A stretch of DNA of 61,992 nucleotides from Planctomycetota bacterium (GTDB taxonomy: Bacteria > Planctomycetota > UBA1135): the NCBI GenBank assembly GCA_049609225.1, contig JBMYYH010000003.1, positions 1-61,992 on the forward strand, read 5' to 3'. The position numbers and the translations under genes are program-made. This document shows positions 42,681 to 52,400 of the stretch, in pieces (the first letter of the stretch is position 1; every line of letters begins with the position of its first letter). A model generated the notes under the pieces. The model did not search any database, was not told the DNA's origin, and saw only the letters and a program-made list of their open reading frames with translations.

Positions 42681-44429
42681 ATGGAGCAGCCGACCCCAAA
42701 GCGTGAGATGCGCGATTCACGCCGTCTCACTGGACCGAACGTGATTTGGCATCAGCCAGGTCCAGTCATCGACATCGCCCTGGCAGAGGATGAGGCGGAA
42801 GCCGCACGTCTGGCATGGGAGGAGGCGGTGACTGCTTTGATGGAAGGCGTCGGATGGGGAGAGGAGAGTACGGCCTATCGCAAATTCCCCGGTGGTTTGA
42901 GCCTGGCATTTAGCGCACCCATGGATGCACTTTATGCAGCTTGTGAAATGAATGAATGGGCTTGGGCTGCAGCTGAGGCAAAGCTGGATGGCCAGCCAGC
43001 ACCGGATCTGACGGAAGCGATCGATCGCTTCAAGATGGAGATCCGCAAGGAATCAAACCGTCCGTTGTTGCGCCTCCAGAAGGCAGCGATGAAGCGTGGC
43101 GTCTTGTTCCTGACCGACGACGACGATGTCTCCGTCGGTGCTGGGCGTTACTCCGAATCCTGGCCGGTCAAGCGCCTGCCGGAAGCGGGGGAAGTGGATT
43201 GGGCTGCACGTCAGCGCATTCCAATCGCCATGATCACGGGCACCAACGGCAAGACCACCACGGTGCGCTTGTTGAAGGCCATGGTCGAGGCGCAGGGCAA
43301 GGTCCCCGGTCTCAGCTCCACCGATTGGTTGATGGTCGGCGACAAGATCCTCGACCGCGGCGATTGGGCGGGCCCGGGTGGCGCACGCAATATCCTGCGC
43401 AATCCTCATGTCGACATCGCTTTGCTCGAGACGGCACGCGGCGGCATGTTGCGGCGCGGACTTGGCCTTGCTGCAGGGGAGGCAGATGTCGCGCTGGTCA
43501 CCAACATCGCCGAGGATCATCTCGGAGAGTGGGGCATTCAGGATCTCGACATGTTGGCGGACACGAAGTTCATCATCCGCCACGCCGGCAAGCGCCTGGT
43601 GCTCAATGCCGACGACCCCAAGTCGGTCGAACGCAAGCACCTGGTCACCGTTCCGATCACTTGGTTCGGGCTCAATGCCCAAGACCCACTGATGCAGGAA
43701 CACCTCAACGCCGGTGGCCATGCCGCCATGCTCGATGATGATGCTCTGTGGTGGAGTGCCGAATGCCAAGCGCACAAGCTCCTTGCCGTCGACGAGATCC
43801 CCATCACCTTGGGTGGCGCGGCGCGTCACAACATCTCCAATTGCCTCGCTGCCATCTGCGTGGCCAAGTCGCTCGGTCTAGCCGAATCCTCGATTCGCGA
43901 CGGCCTGCGTAACTTCCAGAGCAATTCCGCCGACAACCCCGGCCGCCTGAACCTGTTCGACTTCGCCGGCCTGAAGGTACTGGTCGACTTCGCGCATAAT
44001 CCGCATGGCCTCGAAGCCCTGTTCGAAATGGCGCGTGCGATGCAGCCGAAGCGCAAGTTGGTTACCGTCGGACATGCCGGTGACCGCAGCGATGCATCCA
44101 TTCGCGAGGTGGCCATCACCGCGTGGGAGAGTGGGGTTGATCGCCTCATCATCAAGGAGCAGGATCAGCATCTGCGCGGCCGCGAAGCCGGCGTCATTCC
44201 GCAGATCATGCACGAAGCCTTGATCAATCACGGTACTCCCGAAGATGCCATCGGTCGTGCCGATAGCGAGCTGGAGGCCACCGTGCAGGCCCTGGAATGG
44301 GCCGAGCCTGGCGATCTCCTGCTGCTACTCACCTTGCAACAACGCAACGAAGTCCTGCAGTTGTTGGATGGCCTGCATGCCCGCGGCTGGCAATCAGGCC
44401 AAGCATTGCCGGACATCACCGTCCGCTAA
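42681..44429 (+). CDS. CphA-related Mur-ligase-domain protein lacking the ATP-grasp domain
   Basis: N-terminus resembles the CphA N domain; TGTNGKTT, ETARGGMLRRGL, EDHLG, LNADD, NPGR, DFAHN, GDR; no ATP-grasp motifs. Confidence 0.85.
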   Translation: MEQPTPKREMRDSRRLTGPNVIWHQPGPVIDIALAEDEAEAARLAWEEAVTALMEGVGWGEESTAYRKFPGGLSLAFSAPMDALYAACEMNEWAWAAAEAKLDGQPAPDLTEAIDRFKMEIRKESNRPLLRLQKAAMKRGVLFLTDDDDVSVGAGRYSESWPVKRLPEAGEVDWAARQRIPIAMITGTNGKTTTVRLLKAMVEAQGKVPGLSSTDWLMVGDKILDRGDWAGPGGARNILRNPHVDIALLETARGGMLRRGLGLAAGEADVALVTNIAEDHLGEWGIQDLDMLADTKFIIRHAGKRLVLNADDPKSVERKHLVTVPITWFGLNAQDPLMQEHLNAGGHAAMLDDDALWWSAECQAHKLLAVDEIPITLGGAARHNISNCLAAICVAKSLGLAESSIRDGLRNFQSNSADNPGRLNLFDFAGLKVLVDFAHNPHGLEALFEMARAMQPKRKLVTVGHAGDRSDASIREVAITAWESGVDRLIIKEQDQHLRGREAGVIPQIMHEALINHGTPEDAIGRADSELEATVQALEWAEPGDLLLLLTLQQRNEVLQLLDGLHARGWQSGQALPDITVR

Positions 44430-45961
44430 GGCGACTTCTCCAGGTCCCCCGGAATGCGAATCTGCTGATTCCATTGCTGCAGTGGCTGCGGAGTGACCCG
44501 ATATTCCTTCGGTTCAAACCCGCGTAGACTCAGGCGCACGACCAACTCCGTCATCGGAGTCTCGGCGGCATAGCGAAACGAATTCGTTTCCTCGTCGATG
44601 CGCGCGCGCGCACGACGGATGGGGTTGCGCCGGACATCTTCGGGCAAGGCCTGGCCTTCCGCCTGCGAGATTTCGATGCGCACTTCCTTGGCATGATGGC
44701 CGGCGGCCAACCATGCCGCATCGCACATTAAGGTGCCGCGAATCTCAAACGGCCGACTCTCCTCGACCACCGAAGTTCCGACATCCACCTGTGGCCCTTC
44801 GCGGTGGAGATCCACCTCAAGATCCGGCACCCACATCGCAGGATGCCCTTCTCCCAAGGCTTGTCCTGGCTTGAAGCGGGAGGTCAACGAGACTCTCACC
44901 GCCATCAACTCCAAACCCGACAAGCTGTAATAGCCCTCGCCATCCGTCCGCGTCGTGGCCAAGACGGAGTTGAAGTCATGGCCTTGAAGCCCTTCGCCCA
45001 CCGGCTCATTGGAATATGCCAGGATCAGCAACCCCGGGAATCCACGCCCGTCTTGATCGACGATGCGCCCATCGATCCTTCCGATTCCAGCGCCGACGAC
45101 CAGTTGCCCGAGATCATGCGGCTGCCCGCCCAGGACCAGCACATCCACTGGAGGGGGAGGATTCCACGACTTCCCTTTCGGCGTTTGATCCGTAGTCACC
45201 AAGACAGCAATCCGATAGTTGCCCGGGAAGACATCCCGAAACAAGAACTTCCCCTGTCCATCGGTGACCACGCGATCATCGATCTCGCCACCGTAGGAAT
45301 CCAAGCGCACCGCCTGCACGAATACTCCCGGTACGGATGCACCCAATGCATCCACCACCTGCCCTGAAAGCTGGGTGGCCATGCCCACCACGAGATCCAC
45401 CGTCTGTTCCTGATCCGGAATCACTTTGACGTAGTGAGGCGCCGGCAAGAAAACCCCAGTGCGATCGGACGGACCACTGTTCTCATGCACACCGCGCTGC
45501 TCCAACAACGGCGGCGCATATCCCTGCGGCAAGGATTCCGGATCCACCGCCAATCCGTATTGCCTGGGAGCCTCTAGTTCGAAGCGGAAGGTGCGGTCAT
45601 CGCCATGAAGGTCTTGCGCTTCCAGTTGCTGACCTTTGCGAGACACCAGCACCCGGCCATCCAAGACCTGTCGTCCATACGAATCGACGATACGCCCTTG
45701 AATCGTGCCGAACTGCGGTTCCTTCGATCCCTGCGGCGCAATCACTTCGGCCTCCATCGTTTCCGCCGGCTCTGCAACGACCTCCCGTTGCGCAACGACA
45801 TTCCTTGCTTCCAAGCCTGGCGCTGCCTGCACCGATGGTTCGGAAACGTGCACAGCGACGGAGGAATCCTCCGTCGCTGCATCTTCTTGACTCGAGAGTA
45901 GCCACCCGATTGCCAGCATTGCGAGCAGACCAAGGAAGAGGAAGGTGATTTTCGAGTTCAT
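44426..45961 (-). CDS. Membrane-anchored protein with carboxypeptidase-regulatory-like (beta-sandwich) repeats
   Basis: N-terminal TM helix; repeats IQGRIVD, LSGQVVD...TDGQGKF, IDGRIVD...TDGEGYY. Confidence 0.8.
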   Translation of the reverse strand: MNSKITFLFLGLLAMLAIGWLLSSQEDAATEDSSVAVHVSEPSVQAAPGLEARNVVAQREVVAEPAETMEAEVIAPQGSKEPQFGTIQGRIVDSYGRQVLDGRVLVSRKGQQLEAQDLHGDDRTFRFELEAPRQYGLAVDPESLPQGYAPPLLEQRGVHENSGPSDRTGVFLPAPHYVKVIPDQEQTVDLVVGMATQLSGQVVDALGASVPGVFVQAVRLDSYGGEIDDRVVTDGQGKFLFRDVFPGNYRIAVLVTTDQTPKGKSWNPPPPVDVLVLGGQPHDLGQLVVGAGIGRIDGRIVDQDGRGFPGLLILAYSNEPVGEGLQGHDFNSVLATTRTDGEGYYSLSGLELMAVRVSLTSRFKPGQALGEGHPAMWVPDLEVDLHREGPQVDVGTSVVEESRPFEIRGTLMCDAAWLAAGHHAKEVRIEISQAEGQALPEDVRRNPIRRARARIDEETNSFRYAAETPMTELVVRLSLRGFEPKEYRVTPQPLQQWNQQIRIPGDLEKSP

Positions 45962-45966
45962 AGTCT

Positions 45967-46611
45967 CTAGGCCAGGATCGCGAAGGCTGCGGTAAAGGCT
46001 TCTAGCAACGGGACGATCGATTCGATGCCATCCAATAGATGCGAGGCACCGTCTTCGCCATCCGAGCCATCTTCACCATCTGGGCCCCCTGGCATCCTAC
46101 CGCCATCGCCGCCCTTGCCTCCATCGCCACCATCTAGGAGGCCACTGCCGCCATCGCCGCCATCTCCACCGTGGCCGCCGCCTTCGACGCCATCACCACC
46201 ATCGCCTCCATCTCCGCCTTCATCGCCGAACATGAGATCATCATCGCCGGCACCGCCGTTGCCGCCATCACCACCGAAGCCGCCATTGGGGCCACTGTTG
46301 CCGCCGCGCCCCCCTTGGCCGCCATCTTCATCGCCGCCATCACCACCATCGCAGCCATCGCCGCCGCGGCCACCGTTGCCGTTGCCCCAACCATCTCCAC
46401 CGGGACCACCATTGGGAGGTGTACCCATGGGGGCGCCGGGAGTGCCGGGTGGGGTATCACCGGGCCAGCCGTCGTAGCCATCGGGGTGGAAGGGGTTGCC
46501 AGATGCGCCGAAGGGATAACCCGGCGGGTACTGGTCATAGGATTGGGCGGAAAGGCTCCCGCCTAAAAGGAGAAGCGCAACGAGCGCAAAAAGTAGAGGT
46601 TTCATCTGCAT
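45967..46611 (-). CDS. Secreted Gly/Asp-rich repeat protein
   Basis: SD AAGGA; signal peptide ending LSA-Q; many GGDGGxG repeats; hydrophobic C-terminal tail. Confidence 0.75.
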   Translation of the reverse strand: MQMKPLLFALVALLLLGGSLSAQSYDQYPPGYPFGASGNPFHPDGYDGWPGDTPPGTPGAPMGTPPNGGPGGDGWGNGNGGRGGDGCDGGDGGDEDGGQGGRGGNSGPNGGFGGDGGNGGAGDDDLMFGDEGGDGGDGGDGVEGGGHGGDGGDGGSGLLDGGDGGKGGDGGRMPGGPDGEDGSDGEDGASHLLDGIESIVPLLEAFTAAFAILA

Positions 46612-46682
46612 GTGTTTCCTTGGCTGTGGGCAGGTCGCCCATTCCCTCCGAAGACGGAGAGGCTCAGGAAAGACACGCGGTT

Positions 46683-48338
46683 TCAGGGCACCAGATGCAC
46701 CGACACCTTATTGGTGAAGGCCGGCGCCGGGTCAAAACGTAATCCCTGGAAATGCAAAGCCTGATCCGCAAGGCCGGCTTTGGTTGGCACAAGTAAAGGT
46801 AGTGCCAGCCCACCCGCAGGAATCGTATGCAGCAAAGTGGTGGTGAGGCGTTCATCCAAGTCCACCAGGGTCGGCCCATAAGGGGAGCTGGAAACACCCA
46901 AGGCCTTGGAGATGGTGAAGATCGCGGTCTGCGCATCGTCGCCGGTGGAGAGGGTGATCATGCCGCCGAGCTGAGGAAAGCCAGTGATGTGCAGCTTCTG
47001 CTCCACGGCATCCAAACACAGGATCGAGCCGCCACCACCGCCTTGGTTTTCATGCTGATCCATCGAGCCCACTACCACCGTGCCGCCATCAGGATCCATT
47101 CCCACACTCAAAGCCGAGCCAGGGAGGTCCATGGAGGACGTCATCGTGCCGAATTCATCGTAAACGAACACTTCCGGCGTGAGGTTGAAGCTGTCGCCCC
47201 AAGAGATGCCGCCTAGGACCTTGCCGCGATCATCGAGCTGCAGGCCGGAGGCGACGAGTTGCGTCGTGGTGCCGGGCGCATCATGGCTATCCACGAACAG
47301 ATCGACATCATTCTCTACATCCCATAACCCGACTTCGAAATGATCGAAGCCTGGGAAGAAGCGTTGGTCGATGAATCCGCAACGGCTGCCGTCGGCGCTG
47401 AGGTCGAGGGGGCCGGGGAAGTGGAACAAGTTACCTGGACGGAAGGCGAGCAAGCTCCAGACTCCGGGGGTCGATTCGCGCACGACCGTAATGCCAAGGA
47501 AGTTGCCATAATGCTTGAAGATTGCAGCATAATACCAATCTAAGACCAAGCTCGTGAGGAGGGTGCCGCTCTGCAGATCCCAAAGCTCGGAAGTTCCATT
47601 GAACATGCCGAGATAAAGGCGGTCGCCCGCAGCATCGATGGCACCGAAGCGGATATTCGACGAAGCTGGCAGATCATAGGTATGCAATTCCACACCATCG
47701 ACATCGAGCACGCGGACATGGGTGGTGCCGTTGGTGTTGCTGACCGCGGCCACCGTGCGCGAACCATCCTCACTGATGCCAAGGAAACCCGCCATGACAT
47801 TGCCCGTATTCGGCAGGTCATAAGTCCAGGCCGGCACACCACTGACATCGAGCTCCCAGGAGTAGATCGTCGACTCGAAACTGAAGAAGCCGGTGTTGAA
47901 GGTTGCCATGGTGGCAAGGCGTCCGGCGCGGGCGGCAACGGCGGGGCGCACGGCCAAGGCGTCGGTCAGGTCATGGTCGAACAAAGCGATGGGGTCGCCG
48001 GTGGGATAGGCCACCACGCCTTCACTCTCGAATCCCTTGCCTCCAAGCATCCACGCCCCCGAATCACCGATGGCGACGGCATCCCCACGCCAGAGTTGCC
48101 CGAGGTCATCTACCTGCCAGCGCGGGCTCAAAACTGCGGCGGCGAGTTTCGCGGTGGCAGCGACCCCATGATTTCCGCCCGGACGCACCCGCTTCCAATC
48201 CTTCGGGGCGTGGTCCACGAGGAATGCGCCCTCTTGACGCACCTCCATCCACTGGCGACGCGCGTCAGGTGCCTGAGGGGAGGAGGAGGGGAGGTAACCC
48301 TGCTGGCCCAAGCAAAGGAGGATGCAGGTGAGGACCAC
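46683..48338 (-). CDS. Secreted beta-propeller-like hypothetical protein
   Basis: Repeated S-x-DG-S-R type blades (ISEDGSR, LSADGSR, MDPDGGT); short hydrophobic N-terminus. Confidence 0.75.
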   Translation of the reverse strand: MVLTCILLCLGQQGYLPSSSPQAPDARRQWMEVRQEGAFLVDHAPKDWKRVRPGGNHGVAATAKLAAAVLSPRWQVDDLGQLWRGDAVAIGDSGAWMLGGKGFESEGVVAYPTGDPIALFDHDLTDALAVRPAVAARAGRLATMATFNTGFFSFESTIYSWELDVSGVPAWTYDLPNTGNVMAGFLGISEDGSRTVAAVSNTNGTTHVRVLDVDGVELHTYDLPASSNIRFGAIDAAGDRLYLGMFNGTSELWDLQSGTLLTSLVLDWYYAAIFKHYGNFLGITVVRESTPGVWSLLAFRPGNLFHFPGPLDLSADGSRCGFIDQRFFPGFDHFEVGLWDVENDVDLFVDSHDAPGTTTQLVASGLQLDDRGKVLGGISWGDSFNLTPEVFVYDEFGTMTSSMDLPGSALSVGMDPDGGTVVVGSMDQHENQGGGGGSILCLDAVEQKLHITGFPQLGGMITLSTGDDAQTAIFTISKALGVSSSPYGPTLVDLDERLTTTLLHTIPAGGLALPLLVPTKAGLADQALHFQGLRFDPAPAFTNKVSVHLVP

Positions 48339-48501
48339 AACCCAAGGATAGTCGAGAAATCCGTATTTGCGGCCATTGCCGTTGTCACAGCTTCCCTTGG
48401 AGAGGGGAAAACAGGCCTTTGATAGGTGTATGGCCTATTTCCTCATTTTTTTTACCCCAGATTTCTTCAGGAATTCACTCTTGGGCGGCAACACCTAGTA
48501 G

Positions 48502-49467
48502 ATGGTTCTATTTGCTCACAGGTTCGAGAAGGCACTCAGTGGCTTTCCGCCGCAGATCCAGGCGGAGCTGCATGAGTTGGTCTATCGAAAGAAGGTGGTG
48601 CCATCCAATCGAGCTGCCGCTTGGTTGGACATGATGGGCGTGGAGATTGCATCGCTATTGGTGCAGTTGCTTCCCGTTGCCGCAGAGTTTGCGCGCACCT
48701 CTTCCCAGCAATCGGCACATGGTGCGGTGGCTTTAGGCAATCCTCCTTCCTCGGACCAGGGCCCTGGAAATATCTATCTAGGTGCCGACCTCGAGATTTC
48801 AGGGCAGGCCACTCCTGTGAATGTGCACAGTGAACAGGCAGCGATCCTACATGCCTGGATGCACGGTGAGTCGAGTATCCGCACGCTCGCTGTTCAAGAC
48901 TCACCCTGCGGTGTTTGTCGCCAATTCCTGCATGAGTCTTCGACACGCTCGCAGCCGATGCGCATCTTGGTGCAATCCACGCAGGAAGAGAAACGCGGTG
49001 CACATACCTCGCATTCCTTGGACGACTTCCTGCCCGCCGCCGCGCCGAAGAAGGGTGCTCCTGCCGCAGGGTGGATGGAGGCCAGCTCCACCCGCATCGA
49101 CCTTGGTGATGTAGCAGGCGATTCCCTGGTCCAGCATGCCTTGACTGCAGCGAGTGCCAGCTCCGCACCTCAGTCTGGAGGTTATGGCGGACTCGCACTC
49201 TTACGCAGTGATGGCAAGGTCTTTTCCGGGCGTCGCATCGAGCATGTCAACTTGCCGAACGGTTTATCACCGCTGGCCAGTGCTTTAGCCAGTCTCAATA
49301 TGCAGCTTCCGCCGATGGAATCCTTCGACATCCGCCGCGCAGCAATGGTGGAGTGTCCATCCAGCTCCAGTCAGCGGGAACTCGTGCGCTTTGGATTGGC
49401 GGTGGTGGCACCCGGGGTTTCCCTCGAATACCACCCCACTGAATCTTCAGTCGAACCAGGCCTGTAG
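48502..49467 (+). CDS. cdd: Cytidine deaminase-like protein (two-domain, homodimeric type)
   Basis: VHSEQ and PCGVCRQFL zinc motifs; degenerate second deaminase domain. Confidence 0.8.
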   Translation: MVLFAHRFEKALSGFPPQIQAELHELVYRKKVVPSNRAAAWLDMMGVEIASLLVQLLPVAAEFARTSSQQSAHGAVALGNPPSSDQGPGNIYLGADLEISGQATPVNVHSEQAAILHAWMHGESSIRTLAVQDSPCGVCRQFLHESSTRSQPMRILVQSTQEEKRGAHTSHSLDDFLPAAAPKKGAPAAGWMEASSTRIDLGDVAGDSLVQHALTAASASSAPQSGGYGGLALLRSDGKVFSGRRIEHVNLPNGLSPLASALASLNMQLPPMESFDIRRAAMVECPSSSSQRELVRFGLAVVAPGVSLEYHPTESSVEPGL

Positions 49468-49469
49468 AC

Positions 49470-52400
49470 CTAGTGCGCTTTCTCCCAGGCGTCGAGGATC
49501 TTGCGCAGTTCCGAGTACGTCGGCACGCCGACATTCAACGCCAGGATGTTGCCATCGGCATCGGCGAGGATGTAACCAGGCGTCAGGTCACTGGGCTTCT
49601 CTTCTTCGCCACGGTGCATGATCGTCCCGATCAACAGGTCCTGTAGCTTCTTGTACTCTTCGATGTCCGCGTCGGTGCGATCGAGCAACATCTTGAATGG
49701 TGGCGCATAGGTTTCGGCATAGCGCAGCATGTCCTTCTTGGAATCACCGTCGTTGTTGTTGAAGCCGAGGATCTCGAGTTCACTGGACGGGAAGTTGCGC
49801 TTGATGCTGGCCAAGACTGGGGCCGAGCGCTTGCATGCCATGCAGCTCGTGAACCAGGTCGTGAACAAGCGATACTTCGCTTCGGTCTGATCCGCGCCGA
49901 GACGCTTCAACAAGGGGCTCTGTGCAAGCGCCTTGGGAGCAGGCTTGGACTGATTGCGGGTGTAGGCATTGGTGCGCAACGGCTCCAACACTTCCACCTC
50001 AAACCCCAAACCATTCTTCGACTCCGACGGGTTCTCGAACACGGTAACGACTTGACCTTGGCGAACCTCACCGATTTCGGTGATGGAGCCGTTGGGCCAA
50101 AGCACCTGCACGTTCTCGGCCACGGAGTTCGCACCGATGCCGATGGAAAGCGTGCTGCTGTTCTGTGCACCGAGGCCTTCGCCGCAGCGGTACTCACGCA
50201 GGATGTTCATTGCGCCTGCGGTCAAACGGACTTTGGCGCCGAGGCCGTCGCGCGAACCCCAGGTGTCCGAAGGTTGGGCCGATTGGTTACCACCCTGGAA
50301 ACGGAACATGACCGGCATCTGACGCTCTCCTTCCGGAGTCATGTCACCCATCTTGTTGCGATAGATCTGCGTCAGAGGACGGTTCGCACCCATGAGAATG
50401 AAGTCCTGGTAGCCGTCGTGATCGTAGTCGAACAAGGCCATGGAGCGACTGTCGCCCTTATGGTCGGCACCGGAGATCGCAGTATGCACGGCGAAGTCCT
50501 TGCCTTCCTTGTTCATGAAGAGGTGGTTGATTTCCTTGCCGGAGAAGGATGCGCCGGAGTCCAGGTCGGCCGTTTCGATGCTGACGTCGAGGCTTGCACC
50601 GGACTTGATGTCTTTCGAGTTCTTGCGCACAACTGTGCGCCAGAAGTTACTTCACAAGTCGACATCGCGCTTCTCTTCTTGCGGCGCGGTGTAGTAACCC
50701 GCGGGCGCGTAGATGTCGAGCCAACCATCGTTGTTGAAGTCGGCGAACTGCGCACCCCAACACCAACCGGCCTTCTCCACCACGTGCATGGGGCTGCCGA
50801 CTTCCGAGACCTTCTCCCAGGCATAACCCGGGCCTTCGTTGCGGAACAAGGAGTTGCCGCGACCGAGCTGTTCGATCAACGGATCCACGCCTTCGCCCTG
50901 CAGCAGCGCGGCATCGTAGTTGGCGCGTCCGACCGTGAAGAAGGAAGTCACACGACGCGCCGCCTTGGAGAACATGTTGGCGACATAGAGGTCTTGGAAA
51001 CCGTCGTTGTCGTAGTCACCGAAACTCACGGCCATGCCGAAGCCGATGTCCTCGACCTGCGAGGCGTCCGTGATGTCGACGAAGGTGCCGTCGCCCTGGT
51101 TCTGGAACATGAAGTTCGGAGCGAAGTCGTTGGCGACGTACATGTCGGGGTCGCCATCATTGTCGAAGTCGGACCAGGTGGTCTGATACGAGTTGTAGAA
51201 CAGGCGCAGGTTTTCCGCTTCCGGAGCCGGCGCGAACTTTCCGTTGCCGAGGTTGCGTAACAGAATGTTAGGCGGGCCCGGGCGGTTGGTGTGCAAGCCT
51301 TGGTTCGCAGCTTCATAGGCAACCAGGGATTCGAGCTCTTCCCAATCCGGTTGCGCGAGATACTTGCGCAGTGCAGTGATGGCACCCTTACCCTTCCGCT
51401 CGCTCTTGCTCTTGCCACCCAAGGCGGCGAATGCGCGGTTCACGAAGAACGCGGCATAAGTGGAACAGTAGATGTCGTTTAGACCATCGCCGTCGTAGTC
51501 GACGATCGAGATCGAAGAGGTGTGATAGGGGAGATCTGCAGCAGCGATCCAATCTCCCGTGCGATCGACGAAACGTCCATCGACATTCTCCATCACCATG
51601 CTGCGACGCAGGGCGCCACCGAGGAAGAGGTCGAGGTCGCCGTCGTTATCGAAGTCGGCGAAGGCTGCGGAGGACGTCTTGCCGTCGATGTCGAGGCCAA
51701 GGTCAGCGCCGATCTCCTCGAAGGTGCCGTCACCGCGGTTATGGAAGAACAGGTTCTTGCCCTGGCGCTCCATGATGTAGAAGTCATCCCAGCCATCCTG
51801 ATCGTGATCGACCACGCTGACGCTTGGATGACGTTCGGCCGACACCAACTGCCAGCCGTCGTAAGGTGCTTCGAACTTGTTGCCTTCACGTGTGGCCTGC
51901 AAGGATTCCGTCACCATGTCCTCGTGCAAGGACCGACGTGCGAGTTCACGCACATTTCCATCCGGAATGACCTGATCGAGCACTTCCTCGAACAGCCAAT
52001 CTTCGGTCTCATTGATCGACAAGGAGGTGACTTTCCAGCTGGAGCAACGCCAGTTCTGGTCATCGGGGTTCTCTTCGTCGTAGTCGGCCGGATCGAGATC
52101 CCAAATGGTTTCGTTCCAACCACTGATGGCCGCCAGCTTGCCGTTCTTCATCTTGGCCTTCGCGACGAACATCAGGCTCGCCTTCCACTGACGCATGGTG
52201 TTGGGATCAACCCACTCGGGCACCGGCAGGTGGATCTTGAACTTGGCTTTCTTGAAGTAATCGACCTGCGCAAGCAGATCCTCGAAGGACCGGAACTCCT
52301 GGTAATCGACGCCGCCGTCACCGCCATCCAACTTCACCAGGATGGGTTGGGTCGGAGACTCGTCGGTAACCAGCTCCTGGAAGACGAAATCGTCGGTAAA

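Noticed and set aside
46025-46477. Pro/Ser-rich (extensin-like) ORF and Ala-rich alternative frames
   Set aside because: These are other frames of the Gly-rich gene, which alone has an SD and a signal peptide
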